Part shown: piece by piece, positions 22,601-33,316 of the stretch
Layout: the number at the start of each line of letters is the position of its first letter
How positions within the stretch are numbered: position 1 is the first letter of the stretch
Source of the DNA: Pelagomonas calceolata
Taxonomy: Eukaryota
Assembly: GCA_918797485.1 (NCBI GenBank)
Contig: CAKKNE010000001.1
Location: 5,456,001-5,520,000, forward strand
Direction of reading: 5' to 3'
DNA: 64,000 bases
Notes under the pieces: model-generated
What the model was told of the DNA's origin: nothing
Database searches by the model: none
Seen by the model: only the letters and a program-made list of their open reading frames with translations
Program-made: the position numbers and the translations under genes

Positions 22601-24606
22601 GTGGGCCACATTCAATTGGGTAAGCGTTTCGTTCTCTGCCAATGCTTGAGCTAAATCCTGCGCCGAGTCCCTCCTGATCTTATTCCACGACACATCTAAG
22701 TAAGTAACGTGTTTGTTCGACCGGAGCATCGACGCGAGCGCCTCGCCACCTGTTTCTAACTCAGGTTGGACGCTATTTAAGGCTTCCGCATCTCCAATCA
22801 AATTTTCGGATAACGACAACGACGTCAGACTCGCATTACTTTGGAGCGAGGCCATGAAGTCCTGCGTGCGGTCGCGCGGTGATGGCGTGGGCGTGAGCGT
22901 CCTATGGGCGACTCGCGTCGATGGCGTGGAGTGCCTGACGACGCTCTTGGACGCCGTCGACGCGAAGCGAGCGGGGATTCACCAAAAATAGGACACTGAA
23001 GAACTACCGCGCACTCCCAGTCGTCGACGTCAGCTCTACTCATTACTAGCGATGTCAACGCGCAACTTGGTGAAGCGAGGTACTCCCTCAGTTTAGCTGA
23101 TGATGCATCCATCTTCGCTCCGGACAGGTCCAGGGACGTTAGGTGCGGGAGTGAGGCTATGGCTTCGAGGAGCGGTTCCAACGATAGATCGGTGAGGCGG
23201 TTGTCCGCTAAGAGTAGAGTGTCTACGTCATGCAAACCGTCCAGGACTTGCGCTAGGGACTCTACTATGACGTCACCCACGCCGGCGCCCGTCAGATCCA
23301 AAGTACCAGGCTTGTCCTTTCTTCTTCGACAGAGCACGGGGTACGGGAGGGCCTTCTTCCGTAAAATCTCTCTCAAGTATTTCTGGCGCGGCGTCATCGC
23401 TTCCCTCGTAAGTAAATTGTCGTCGACATCCCCGGAAGGCGTCTGCCAGGTCGTGTAAGAAATTGCTGTAGACGGCTCTTCCGTGACGACGCTGTCGTCC
23501 TCGGGCTTGGGCATGTTGATCAGCGTGAGCTCTTTGAGACGCCTCCGCCCGTCGGCCGTCGTCCCCGACCCCAACGTAGTGGACTCTTCACTGGATACGA
23601 TGGTAGAACTCTCTTCAGTATCAACGGTATCCGCGTCCCCGTACTCCTTGACATGAACAACTGATGCGGGCACGATCTCCCGCTGTTGATGACACAGGCG
23701 CAACCTCCCGAAGAAGCGCTTCCGCGCGCCCGCGCCGACGAACCGCCTCGCATCTTCCTCGAGCTTGTACGTAGTAGTTCCAGGTCCGGGATCATTGGCT
23801 TTGAACGATCTAAGGTGGCTCATGGCCGATAGTCGCTGTTTCAGAGCCTTCAGACCTTTGGCCTGCACTTGTACGACTTCCTGCACTTCTTCCTCGTCCG
23901 CCGATGACACGGACGCGTCATCATTCCAATCAAATTCCATCTTCGACGTGACGGGGTATCTAGGTACGGCCTCGTCCATGAGCTCGCCGAGATCCACCTT
24001 TGTACTGCTCGCAAGTAGGGCCTTGGCTTCGTCGGAGACGACATGCTTGATAGGCTTGGGGCCAATACCCTTGTGATACAGGAGCCATGCATCATATTGC
24101 TCGGGGTCCTCTTTTAACCATTCTTGCAAATTAAAATCGGCGGGCAATTCGAAATTGGCCCACTCGTCGGGCTTGTCCACGCAGATCTCTGGTGTTTTTG
24201 GTCTTTCGACCTCCCTTACGACCCTATGTTTTCTGTCCGTCTTGATATGCGTGAAATCGTCTTCGTCGGTGAACGCGCGGTAGGGGCCGACATAAGGCAA
24301 GGATTCGGGGCGCTTCTCCGGGTTCTTCTTCTTTATTGTCTTGCGCGCGACTGCGGGTGGCGTCCTCGGCTTCGCTGTGTTTAGAAATAAGTGGAGCGAG
24401 CCCGTTTCGTTGGAAGGCGGCAATTGTGGTAATGGCGGCTTGGCGCCCCGCTCCTTTTCATATCTCTGCGTCGCGGCGGCCAGCCTTGTGTGCAGCTCTG
24501 CTGCTAGAGCAGCCTCGTCGAGTGGCTCCTCCATGGGAGCGCTCGCGGGCAGCCTGCCGGCTTTGAGTGCGCCTCCTGGCTGATCGCTTACGCCGTTTCC
24601 TGCCAT
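19628..24606 (-). CDS. Large RI-like leucine-rich-repeat plus EF-hand protein; intron 22862-23007
   Basis: LxxLxLxxN repeats on both sides of a 146-nt GTAGTT...GCAG intron (spliced DWECADFMASL); EF-hands DEDRSEAIDVRE and DSDESNTIEREE. Confidence 0.85.
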
Positions 24607-24972
24607 TGCTGCCAATTGCTGCTCTCCCGCGGCGCTGGGAGCTTAGAGGCCTTGGCTCGGCGTCGCCCCGTCGAACGGGATGCGTGTCTGGCGTGTCGCG
24701 AGGGCTGGAGGACGTCTGGCGTGGTTTCTGGACCGGTTCGCTGGGCGATGTTTCATTGGCTGCTGATTTTGGAGGCAGCCGGAGGCCAGTGATTTGCAGC
24801 CTGCGCAATCGCACACTGGTGAAAACCAGACGGCCAGCTTTCATCATCGCGTTCTCCAGACTGTCTGCAAGCACTCTGCACGCGAATTCTGGTCTGGCCT
24901 TCACTCAGCGGCGGAGCTGAGCTCTGTTCTTGCTTGAACGTCACAAGGGAAACATCCTAGCTACGCGTGGCC

Positions 24973-25656
24973 ATGAACACGACGAACCCGCTCGGCGGCA
25001 TCCACGCCGCATTGGACCGCTACGAGGCGGACGGGCGCCCGCCCGCGGCCGAGCTGCCGCCGACGCGCGGCGCCGAGGCGGCGCTCCTCGAGCTGGGCGG
25101 GAGTCGGCCGCGCTTCGCGCTCGCGCCCGAGCCGCGCCTCTCGCTAGAACGCACCGACACGGGCATGACGCGATCGGACTCCATGACGGAGACGTCGGAG
25201 CTGCTGACGTCCCTGGCCCACGCGCGTGTCCCGCCGCCGCCGCCGCAGCGCCGGCCGCCGCCGCCGCCGCCGCCGCGCATCATTACCTTCTCGCCGCCCG
25301 GTCCCAGACGGTTAGGGTGGGTCGGCGCCTACAGCCCCGAGGCGCGGAAGAGGCGCATCGCGCGGTTCCACGCAAAGCGCAAGCGTCGCGTCCTGTGTGG
25401 AAATCAACCAGTGAGTTATTTGCGGTCACGGCGACAACGTGAAAACTCCACGCCATCGAGCAGACGCAGCTTTGGAGACACATCGCGTCGATGGCGTGGG
25501 CGCCCGATGTTTGATTTCCACACAGGCCGCGTCTGGAAGAAGTCCGTGCAGTACGACGTGCGCAAGAACTTCGCCGACACCCGCCTCCGCGTCAAAGGTC
25601 GCTTTGTCAAGAAGGAGGACGAGGTGCTGCTCAAGGAGCTCGTCGGCCTCGCCTGA
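24973..25656 (+). CDS. CCT-domain protein; intron 25385-25525
   Basis: Spliced product reads RKRRIARFHAKRKRRVWKKSVQYDVRKNFADTRLRVKGRFVK. Confidence 0.9.
   Translation: MNTTNPLGGIHAALDRYEADGRPPAAELPPTRGAEAALLELGGSRPRFALAPEPRLSLERTDTGMTRSDSMTETSELLTSLAHARVPPPPPQRRPPPPPPPRIITFSPPGPRRLGWVGAYSPEARKRRIARFHAKRKRRVLCGNQPVSYLRSRRQRENSTPSSRRSFGDTSRRWRGRPMFDFHTGRVWKKSVQYDVRKNFADTRLRVKGRFVKKEDEVLLKELVGLA
25385..25525 (+). mobile_element. Introner-type TIR element forming a 141-nt intron inside the CCT motif
   Basis: TSD GTCGCGTC / GCCGCGTC; TIRs CTGTGTGGAAATCAA...TTGATTTCCACACAG. Confidence 0.93.
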
Positions 25657-25782
25657 ACCACTTCCTGAACTGGGCCTGATTGTGTGAAGATTCCCAATGA
25701 TTAATTCCCATGTTTGAAATATTAAGAAGCCTGTACTCCGACACGCTTCGCCGCGCCCGGGGAGACTTTTGCAATACTAAGA

Positions 25783-26475
25783 TTAGCCCGTACTCCGACG
25801 CTTCCCGGGTGCGGCCTTCGCCTGGTACGGGTTCGGGGTGTCGTCCGGGAGGCGCAGCCTATCCAAACGCGCGAGGGCCCGCCGGTGCGCCGCCTCGGTC
25901 TGCTGCCGCCGCCGCCGGTGGCGGTCGCGCCGCGACGACGACGAGGGCGCGGGTGCCGGCGCGGCGCCGGGCGCCGGCTGCGGGCTGCGCGCGTGCCGTC
26001 GCTGCGTGGTCCGCCGGCCGCCGCCCGGCGACGCGGCGCCGGCGGACCCAGTCGAGTCCTGGCGCGGGAGCCACCGCGCCGGCGAGCCCGCGACGGGCGG
26101 TCCGGCGTCGGCGTCCTCGGCGAGATCCTTGTCGAGGCGGTAACTGATCGGCGCCATGGCGTCGATGAGCTCGTGGTCGTCGTGCTCCGTGGCCACGCTC
26201 CGCAGCGCAGCCAAGAGCTGGGGAAAGGTCTTTGGCGACGGCTGGAGACGCATGACGGCCGGCGTCGCGCGCGCCAACAAGTCCAAATCGCGCACGGGAA
26301 AAAGCACGAACGCGTCGGTCCAGGCCTCCCGCAATCTACGAGTCATGTGCAACCGCGCGTCGTGCACCGTCGGCGATTCGTGCGAGCCGCTCCGGCGGCG
26401 GCCGTCATGGCCGCCGGTCGACTCGTGCGAGCCGCTGCGACGGCGGCCGTGGTGGCCGCCGGTGTCGACGCGCAT
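25783..26475 (-). CDS. Hypothetical protein with N-terminal 15-aa tandem duplication
   Basis: 230-aa ORF; GGHHGRRRSGSHEST / GGHDGRRRSGSHESP. Confidence 0.5.
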   Translation of the reverse strand: MRVDTGGHHGRRRSGSHESTGGHDGRRRSGSHESPTVHDARLHMTRRLREAWTDAFVLFPVRDLDLLARATPAVMRLQPSPKTFPQLLAALRSVATEHDDHELIDAMAPISYRLDKDLAEDADAGPPVAGSPARWLPRQDSTGSAGAASPGGGRRTTQRRHARSPQPAPGAAPAPAPSSSSRRDRHRRRRQQTEAAHRRALARLDRLRLPDDTPNPYQAKAAPGKRRSTG

Positions 26476-26714
26476 GACTGCCCGACGCGAGGCAGCCCGA
26501 CGCCGCGTCTGCGTGCCGGGCTGCTAGGTCACCTTGTGAAACACCACCGCTGTCCTTGACGACGCATTAGGCTGGCTATCTCTAGGCACGGGCGGGCAGC
26601 TTGGGCCGCGCTACGAAATGAACCCCGCACGAGTGATCCGGGGCCGTTCTTGCGCTTATGGAGCTGTAGCGCGGTTCGAGGGATAGCTGCGCGACGGTTC
26701 CTCGAGACGCATCC

Positions 26715-26732
26715 CTAGCGGTAAGACACTAG
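26715..26732 (+). promoter_or_regulatory. Bipartite CTAG-flanked upstream motif
   Basis: CTAGCGGTAAGACACTAG between divergent genes. Confidence 0.6.
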
Positions 26733-26890
26733 CAAGCTCCAAGTCCAAAGCTGCTGCGGCCGGCGCTGAGCCGAGCAGTGGACGTATAAATTGGGTTGCG
26801 CTTCCGGCAGCAGCAGTGACTCGCAGCGCAGCCACATAGAATAAATTGCAGCAACGCTAGCTCGTTAGCGGCAAGAGGCAGAGCAGCAAG

Positions 26891-28618
26891 ATGGTGACCC
26901 AGGCCGAGCGCATTGCGCGGCAGCGGATTGACGCGTTGAAAATACCAAGGCTCGACGGGATGTCCGTCAGACGCGTGGACAAAATTAACGACACGGAAGC
27001 GGCGTCGATGACAGTCGCGCGCGCGGGACCGGGATGGGACGAACTCCCACTCACCCCACTGATGAACACGGCCCCCGTAACGAAGAACGGGAAACCAGCT
27101 TTGGTGTTCGGCGGCGGCGCGACGTGTGACAACGCCGTCGGGCGACAGATCGAGCGCACGACAAAGGAAGTCTGGGAGGGCGAACCGCTGATCGGAGCAC
27201 GAAAAAAGGGGGGCCCGAAGCCGGTCGTCTGCAACGTATGGCACCTGCAGGGCGGCGGCTTCGTGGCCCCCGCGCCCCGAAGGGGCTCTCCAGCGTTTCT
27301 CACCCACTGGCCGGAAGATCGGCGGAGTAGAGAGTTTGTCATTCACGTTCCCGAGTGGGCGGAACTGCCCATATCCTGGGTTGTGTATGCGTTTTTCGGT
27401 CTGATCGCGTGTGGTTTTCTATGGTTAATTTACATGGTTTCCGATATAAACTCGAACTACCCTAAAGCGATTCCACCAGTAGATGTAAGACCGAACTTAT
27501 TTCAGACCGCCGAGGAAGCACAAAAGTCGATGGCCGAGGAAGTTACGGCCCCCGAACACGTGCCTTTATCTAGTTTTCAAGTCGGCGGCCTCTTGATATT
27601 CTTCTGCGCTGTTATTCTCGAGTTCTGGGTGAGGGAAAATTTTAACACCTCGCTCGATGTATTGGTCAGTGCAATGGCCAGGTGCGCTCTCGCGATGGTC
27701 CGGGCCGTCGCCGAGGGCGTCGCCGCGATAGCATGGCGCGTTATCGAGCCGTTCAAGGCCGTGCTGTCCGCGCGCTGGAGGAGGGGCGCTGACGCCGCCG
27801 CGGTCGCCGCCGCCGACGCCGCCGCGGCCGATCTACTAGCAGACGAGCCCGCGCCGCGCGACGACGCCCGCGCGGGGCTCCGCCGGCGGGCGCCGCGCGG
27901 CCGACGCCGCGAGCGCGCGCGCGGCGCGACGCCGTCCGCGAAGGAACCGGCGCCGGCGGCCGCCGTGCCCGAGTCCAAGCCCGAGACCCCCGCCACGCCC
28001 GAGTCGAAGTCCGAGGCGCCGCCCGCGGCGCCGGAGGCGAAAGGCGAGGAGGAAGAAGAGCCCGTCGCGCAGCCTGTGCCGCGCGGCTACGAGAACGTCG
28101 CGCGCGTGCTCGCGCACCTCGACGAGGCGCGCCTGTTGCCGCTGTTCGAGGCGCGGCAGATCGACGATGCAGTTCTGCCGACGCTCGAGCCCAGCACCCT
28201 CGTCGAGCTCGGCGTCCCGCCGATGGTCTGCCTGGCGCTGTCGGGCGCGGCGGCGAGCGGCAAGGCGAAGAAATTGGAGGCCGACGACCTCCTCGACGGC
28301 GTCGCGAAGCACCAGAGCGTCCTCGAGGAGGCCTTGCGAGAGCACCGCGCCGAGCTCGCGCGGTTGAAGATTTCGAGCGCGAGCGAACTGCCCGAGGATC
28401 TGTGCTGCCCGATCACCACCGAGTTGATGTCGGAGCCGGTCGTGTGCGTCGGAGACGGCAACACGTACGAGCGCGCGGCTATAGAACAGTGGTTCGCGAC
28501 TGGCGCACGGACGTCGCCTACCACCAACGCGCAGCTCGACTCGATCACGCTCGTGCCGAATCTCACGGTCAAGCGACTCATCGCGGCGGAGCTCGAGCGG
28601 CGCGGGCGCACTGTATAA
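26891..28618 (+). CDS. Membrane-anchored SAM plus U-box protein (putative E3 ligase)
   Basis: Two hydrophobic segments; SAM-like LLPLFEARQIDDAVLPTL...LVELGV; U-box PEDLCCPITTELMSEPV..DGNTYERAAIEQWF..SPTTN..LVPN. Confidence 0.85.
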   Translation: MVTQAERIARQRIDALKIPRLDGMSVRRVDKINDTEAASMTVARAGPGWDELPLTPLMNTAPVTKNGKPALVFGGGATCDNAVGRQIERTTKEVWEGEPLIGARKKGGPKPVVCNVWHLQGGGFVAPAPRRGSPAFLTHWPEDRRSREFVIHVPEWAELPISWVVYAFFGLIACGFLWLIYMVSDINSNYPKAIPPVDVRPNLFQTAEEAQKSMAEEVTAPEHVPLSSFQVGGLLIFFCAVILEFWVRENFNTSLDVLVSAMARCALAMVRAVAEGVAAIAWRVIEPFKAVLSARWRRGADAAAVAAADAAAADLLADEPAPRDDARAGLRRRAPRGRRRERARGATPSAKEPAPAAAVPESKPETPATPESKSEAPPAAPEAKGEEEEEPVAQPVPRGYENVARVLAHLDEARLLPLFEARQIDDAVLPTLEPSTLVELGVPPMVCLALSGAAASGKAKKLEADDLLDGVAKHQSVLEEALREHRAELARLKISSASELPEDLCCPITTELMSEPVVCVGDGNTYERAAIEQWFATGARTSPTTNAQLDSITLVPNLTVKRLIAAELERRGRTV

Positions 28619-28629
28619 GAACTAGTGTT

Positions 28630-31600
28630 TTACACCTCCAAATCCCACGGCAGCATCCAGTACCGCCGCGTCGTCCGCGGATGGACTAATGGATTCTTCG
28701 TCGTCCGCATCACGGCGATCGCGAAGTCGCCCGCGTTGTCGATGTCTCCATCATTATCCTCGTCGCCGGCGCTCCTCAACAAAGCCTTGAACTGCTTCTG
28801 GCGCTCTTCCAGCGTATACGCTGCGGGGACCGCCCAATTGAGAATAGCCTCGTACTCGTCGAACGCTAGGCCTTCGTCGTCATCCAAACCTTCAAATTTG
28901 GTAAATGTGCGGGCGAGCATGGTCTCCTGCTGGCTGACGGCGTCCATCAGCGTATCGATGACGACCTCGTGGAACAGATCTAAGTCAACAGGATCGGAAA
29001 CAAAACCCAGGTGCGCGCCGCAGTCGCAGGCCTTGTCCTCCGTTAATGCGAGTAAGTTGTTTACGAGCTCCAGTAGTTGTTGAGGTGTCAACCACGACGC
29101 CAGCAGAGGGCAGTCATACGTTCTAGGTTGTTTCAGGTTGCACGACTTGGCCATGCCCACCAAAGCGTGCACTGCTTGTCTACACGAACACTTCAGTTCG
29201 CCGTCGGGATGCGATTTCAAAATTTCGCCGACGCCCTTGATCGCACCCTTGGGAATGATGTGCAACAACGAGTGGAGAAAAATATCTCCTAGGTCGCGCA
29301 CATAGTCGTGTTCTCGACCGGGCCACACGCCGCACAATTTCGCAAAGTTCCGCACTCTACGAGACGATTCGGCCCAGTGCATCACAGAACCAATAAACTG
29401 CCTCAATCGCGCCTTGGCGATGTTCTTCACCCCGTAGTGGTCGACCATGTAGGTCATTAAGAATGATGCCAAAGGCTTCGTCTCGCGTTCTTCGATGCTG
29501 GACTTCTTGCCCGACAATTCCGACGTATCTTTTTCCAACTTCTTCTCGTAGATGTCGCCGAGCATCGGAATCAAATGCTTCAGGTCGACGCGCTTCATGT
29601 CGCCCATGCCCTTCGAGTGCTTCTTGGGCGAGCCGCGCTTCTTTGCGTGGCCGCCGTGTTTCGAGTCTTTGGAGTGCTTGTGGCCTCCTCCGTGGTGGTC
29701 GTCACCGTCGTGGTCGCCGCCCTTGGAGTGCGCCCCGTGCTCCGACGAACCCGGGCGGCCCCCGTGTTTCCCGCCCTCAGAGTGCGGTCGGCTCCCGTGG
29801 TGGTCGTCGCCCTCCTCATCGTGTTCGCCGTCCTCGTGATCATCCTCGTGATCATGCTCGTCGTCGTGGTCGTCTTTGTGCTCCTCCTCCCCGGCGCCCG
29901 CCTCGAGCTTCCCCGAGAAGGACTTCGTCCTCTTCATCAAGTGGCCGAGGGGCCCGCCCTTGGAACTCTTCACAATTTGCTGGACGTGTTCTTCCCTATG
30001 ATGCGCGTGGGCGTCGGGCTTCGCTGGTGAACTAGAGAAGGCGGCGTCGTCCGTTTGCGTACTATCGTCCGCAAAGTCGAGGTGGGCGTGCTCTTCGAGG
30101 TGCTCGTGGTGTTCCACACCTGAGGCCATGGGCACGACGACGACGTGGTCCTTCTCTATAATTTCCGTTTCGTGGATCACCTTCTCCGGTTGATTGACGT
30201 GCAGGACCATCGGTCTTGGTAGAGAAGCCGCGCGCCGCCTCACGTCGTTGCGCATCTTCTGGAGCTTCTGGAGTTCCCTTCGTATGCGATCGTTCTCGGA
30301 CTTCAAGGCACTACACCGCTTCTCCAACTGGATAGTCTTGGGGTCGGCGACGACCGCGTGCCTGACACCTCGCAGCTGGTCCCAGTCCCACGCGTCGATG
30401 TGGACACCTTCACATTCCTTGGCTCGTCGCAGCTCCTCGGCCTGCTCTGGCTGTTTCGTGGCGTTTTGGAGGATGATCCACTCCTTGTCCGTGAACGTGA
30501 CACCTTTCTGAGACATCTCCTCCCGCTTGGAATCTGGGACCTGAGATGGCTCCATGCCTCGTAGTTTATCCCAGTCGCCCGCGCTGAATGAAAACCCCTT
30601 CGCGGCGTAGTCTCTCCGCAATTCTTCAGCGGCCCGCGCACCGTCCGCGCCGGACCCCGTCGCGCCCCGGATCGTATTCCAATCACCTTCTGAGAACCGC
30701 ACGCCCTTGTGTTCCAGCGTGTGGCGCATGTCCTCCGCGACGGCCTCCGGCGACTTGTGGAGGATGATCATCGGTTTTAGACCTCGCAGCACGTCCCACG
30801 TATGTGCCGTTACGGGTGCCCCTTTATCTTGTAATTCTTTCCGGATGACCTCGGCGTTTTTCGCTTCGATCTTGTCTCCCTCACCGCTTTGGCATAGTGT
30901 AGCAAAGTCCTCATCACTGATAGCGAAGCCGGCCTCTTTTAACCTTTTACGTTCTTGTAACGCCGCGTCCCTATTCGTCATGCGACAGCCGCCGCCGCTT
31001 TGAGATTCCCCAAAACCTCGCAACACGTCCCAGTCATAACTATGGACCTCGCCGCACTGGGGCCGCACCTCTTCCGCTGCTTCGGCCGCCATCTCGGGAT
31101 AGCCATGCGTCCCACCAGCCACCTCGGAAATGGTCTCCCAGGGCGCGTCGGGGATGCTCAGCTCTTGTCTAAGTATTTCGGCGGCGTCCTGCGCCTCCTT
31201 GAGATCGAACGAATGTTGTACCATGGGCGTGGGCGAGGCCTGCCTCTGAACACTGGTACCTGTCTGAGGCCTTCCCATTGTAGTTCGCTCATCCAACCCT
31301 TGGTCCCCAAAGTCAGCACCCCACAAGGCGTTCCACTCCCGATCCCCGAATGAATCACCTTGCGCCGCGTACAACGCTCGCAACTCACCAGGATTGACAG
31401 ATTGCGAAGATTCGTGGTGTACCTCGACAGATATCTGGGAAGAAGAATCCACATGCTCGTGGACCTCGGTGTGGCCCGAATCCAGCTTCCGCACGCAGCG
31501 ATGCAACGCGCCCCGCATCTCCTCCACTGAGCCCTTCTTCATGCATTTCACCACATTAACCTTCATGTGCTTCAGGTCTTCCACGACCTCTTGGTGTTGA

Positions 31601-32859
31601 TGCTCCAAGTCGTGGAACTGCATCGTCACCTTTTTTAACAGATGTCTGAGGTCACCTTCATCGACGTGTTCCAGTTCCAAGGCATGCGTCGCTTTCTCAC
31701 AGGCCTTCTCCGCCTTTTGCCGCATTTTTCTTTCCTTCTGGAGTTCTTTCAGCGTAGATTCGTACTTGAGCGACGCCTCGGCCTCGATAGCTTCTAGGTG
31801 GTCTATGGTCTTCTGATGTTCGTTACAAAACGCGCCCTCGGGCGGCACCCAGCCTAGCCTCCAATTGAGGTCGAGCGCGAACTTGTCCGCCCTCGCATAC
31901 CTCTGCAAGATGTGGAGCATCTCCTTGCCCATCATGTCCGGGTTCATATGTAGTAGAGCTTCCCCAAGGCGCTCCATGTGCATCCTCGGCGTTCGTGTCA
32001 ATTTGTGGGAGAAGCAGTACGTACAACGTTCGCAGTCCGTGAAATGGCACGCCGTACAATACGGTCGCGAGTAGTCGCCGTGCTGGGGCACCTGCCAGTG
32101 CGTTAACTGGTATTCGCTCTTGTCGTCGTCTGGTAACTGAGCGGGGGGTTTATTCAAGTAAATAGAATCCTCGGGGAAGGTGGTGAACGCCGAGACCGTC
32201 GACTGGTCGTCCACAGCAAATCTCGAACCCGTACCGCTCAGACCAGTCCTGTATGATCGAGATGCTCCGATCTCGGACGTAAAAGATAATAGGTCGGAGG
32301 GGAACTGCGAGGCCGTCGTCATGGGCGACAGAGCTGATGTTGCTGAAGCGACCGTCGCGTCGTCAGCCTGCTTGACCGGCGAGACCACTGGGTATTGGCC
32401 AGGACCCTTGTGCAAGCCTCGCAGATAAGATTTCGTGGGAACGTCCTGGGCCACGCGCACACCTTCCGACGTCCTCAACCTCGGATGGGACTTATGAGCG
32501 ATCCTTTTAAAATTCATGGACGTCTCGTAGCCGTGGCCGACGCCCCTCTGTGCTACGGAAGACGTCCGCGGCCGCGGGCCCCTCCTACTGCGCGCGGGAG
32601 TAAAGCCCCTCCTCTGATCCAGCGTGGGCATGAACGGTCTCAAAGGTGAGCGCGGGTCCACGAGCATGGCGTTGACCCTCGAGTCCTTCTGGCGGTACGC
32701 GTCGTCGACGTGCCAGAGGACCTCGTCCGACAGAGAACCTACCCTACGTTCCTCGAAGTTCTGGGGCGGGCGTCTCCTCGCTTCTCGTCGGTGCAGCGCG
32801 TCGTACAGATTCGTCTGCTGCGGCCGCGACCGCGCCTGGTGCTCCCTGGGCCGGCCCAT
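28630..32859 (-). CDS. Large coiled-coil protein with W-x-x-L-R-G repeats, His/Asp-rich tract and C-terminal EF-hand-like region
   Basis: Uninterrupted 1409-aa ORF with protein-like composition; no confident family assignment. Confidence 0.75.
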   Translation of the reverse strand: MGRPREHQARSRPQQTNLYDALHRREARRRPPQNFEERRVGSLSDEVLWHVDDAYRQKDSRVNAMLVDPRSPLRPFMPTLDQRRGFTPARSRRGPRPRTSSVAQRGVGHGYETSMNFKRIAHKSHPRLRTSEGVRVAQDVPTKSYLRGLHKGPGQYPVVSPVKQADDATVASATSALSPMTTASQFPSDLLSFTSEIGASRSYRTGLSGTGSRFAVDDQSTVSAFTTFPEDSIYLNKPPAQLPDDDKSEYQLTHWQVPQHGDYSRPYCTACHFTDCERCTYCFSHKLTRTPRMHMERLGEALLHMNPDMMGKEMLHILQRYARADKFALDLNWRLGWVPPEGAFCNEHQKTIDHLEAIEAEASLKYESTLKELQKERKMRQKAEKACEKATHALELEHVDEGDLRHLLKKVTMQFHDLEHQHQEVVEDLKHMKVNVVKCMKKGSVEEMRGALHRCVRKLDSGHTEVHEHVDSSSQISVEVHHESSQSVNPGELRALYAAQGDSFGDREWNALWGADFGDQGLDERTTMGRPQTGTSVQRQASPTPMVQHSFDLKEAQDAAEILRQELSIPDAPWETISEVAGGTHGYPEMAAEAAEEVRPQCGEVHSYDWDVLRGFGESQSGGGCRMTNRDAALQERKRLKEAGFAISDEDFATLCQSGEGDKIEAKNAEVIRKELQDKGAPVTAHTWDVLRGLKPMIILHKSPEAVAEDMRHTLEHKGVRFSEGDWNTIRGATGSGADGARAAEELRRDYAAKGFSFSAGDWDKLRGMEPSQVPDSKREEMSQKGVTFTDKEWIILQNATKQPEQAEELRRAKECEGVHIDAWDWDQLRGVRHAVVADPKTIQLEKRCSALKSENDRIRRELQKLQKMRNDVRRRAASLPRPMVLHVNQPEKVIHETEIIEKDHVVVVPMASGVEHHEHLEEHAHLDFADDSTQTDDAAFSSSPAKPDAHAHHREEHVQQIVKSSKGGPLGHLMKRTKSFSGKLEAGAGEEEHKDDHDDEHDHEDDHEDGEHDEEGDDHHGSRPHSEGGKHGGRPGSSEHGAHSKGGDHDGDDHHGGGHKHSKDSKHGGHAKKRGSPKKHSKGMGDMKRVDLKHLIPMLGDIYEKKLEKDTSELSGKKSSIEERETKPLASFLMTYMVDHYGVKNIAKARLRQFIGSVMHWAESSRRVRNFAKLCGVWPGREHDYVRDLGDIFLHSLLHIIPKGAIKGVGEILKSHPDGELKCSCRQAVHALVGMAKSCNLKQPRTYDCPLLASWLTPQQLLELVNNLLALTEDKACDCGAHLGFVSDPVDLDLFHEVVIDTLMDAVSQQETMLARTFTKFEGLDDDEGLAFDEYEAILNWAVPAAYTLEERQKQFKALLRSAGDEDNDGDIDNAGDFAIAVMRTTKNPLVHPRTTRRYWMLPWDLEV

Positions 32860-33316
32860 TGGTGTCGAGGGCAGCCCTTTGCGTGGCAGCCACTACTGTT
32901 GGGCAGCCCTTCTCAATAAGGTCGCTGGTAGCTCCTCGACGCCCCAATGAGGACGCTGGGCCCGCCGCTCCTCGCGCCTTTTACAGAGAGCGGATAGCGC
33001 TGCTGCGGTTTCATGGAACGGATGGGTTCCCGCGACGCGTCCGGAGCTAAAATACGCCCCCCCGGACTCCTCTGGTGGCTCCAAGGACGCCTTTTTTGGG
33101 CGCTTGCTAATTGCGTCTGATATTCGGGTTCAAAGTTTGTGCGCCGCGGTCGTTTTGTGCTCGAGCCGCGCGGCTCCGGGCGAGGGCTGCCTAATTGCAG
33201 TCGATAACGGTGCTGCCGTGGTGCCAGGTGCAGTCTCGGGCCGCGGCGGCTGCACCTGCCCCATAGGGCAAGCCCATTGGCAACAGCGGTGCAGCACCAA
33301 GCAATCACCACGCGTA

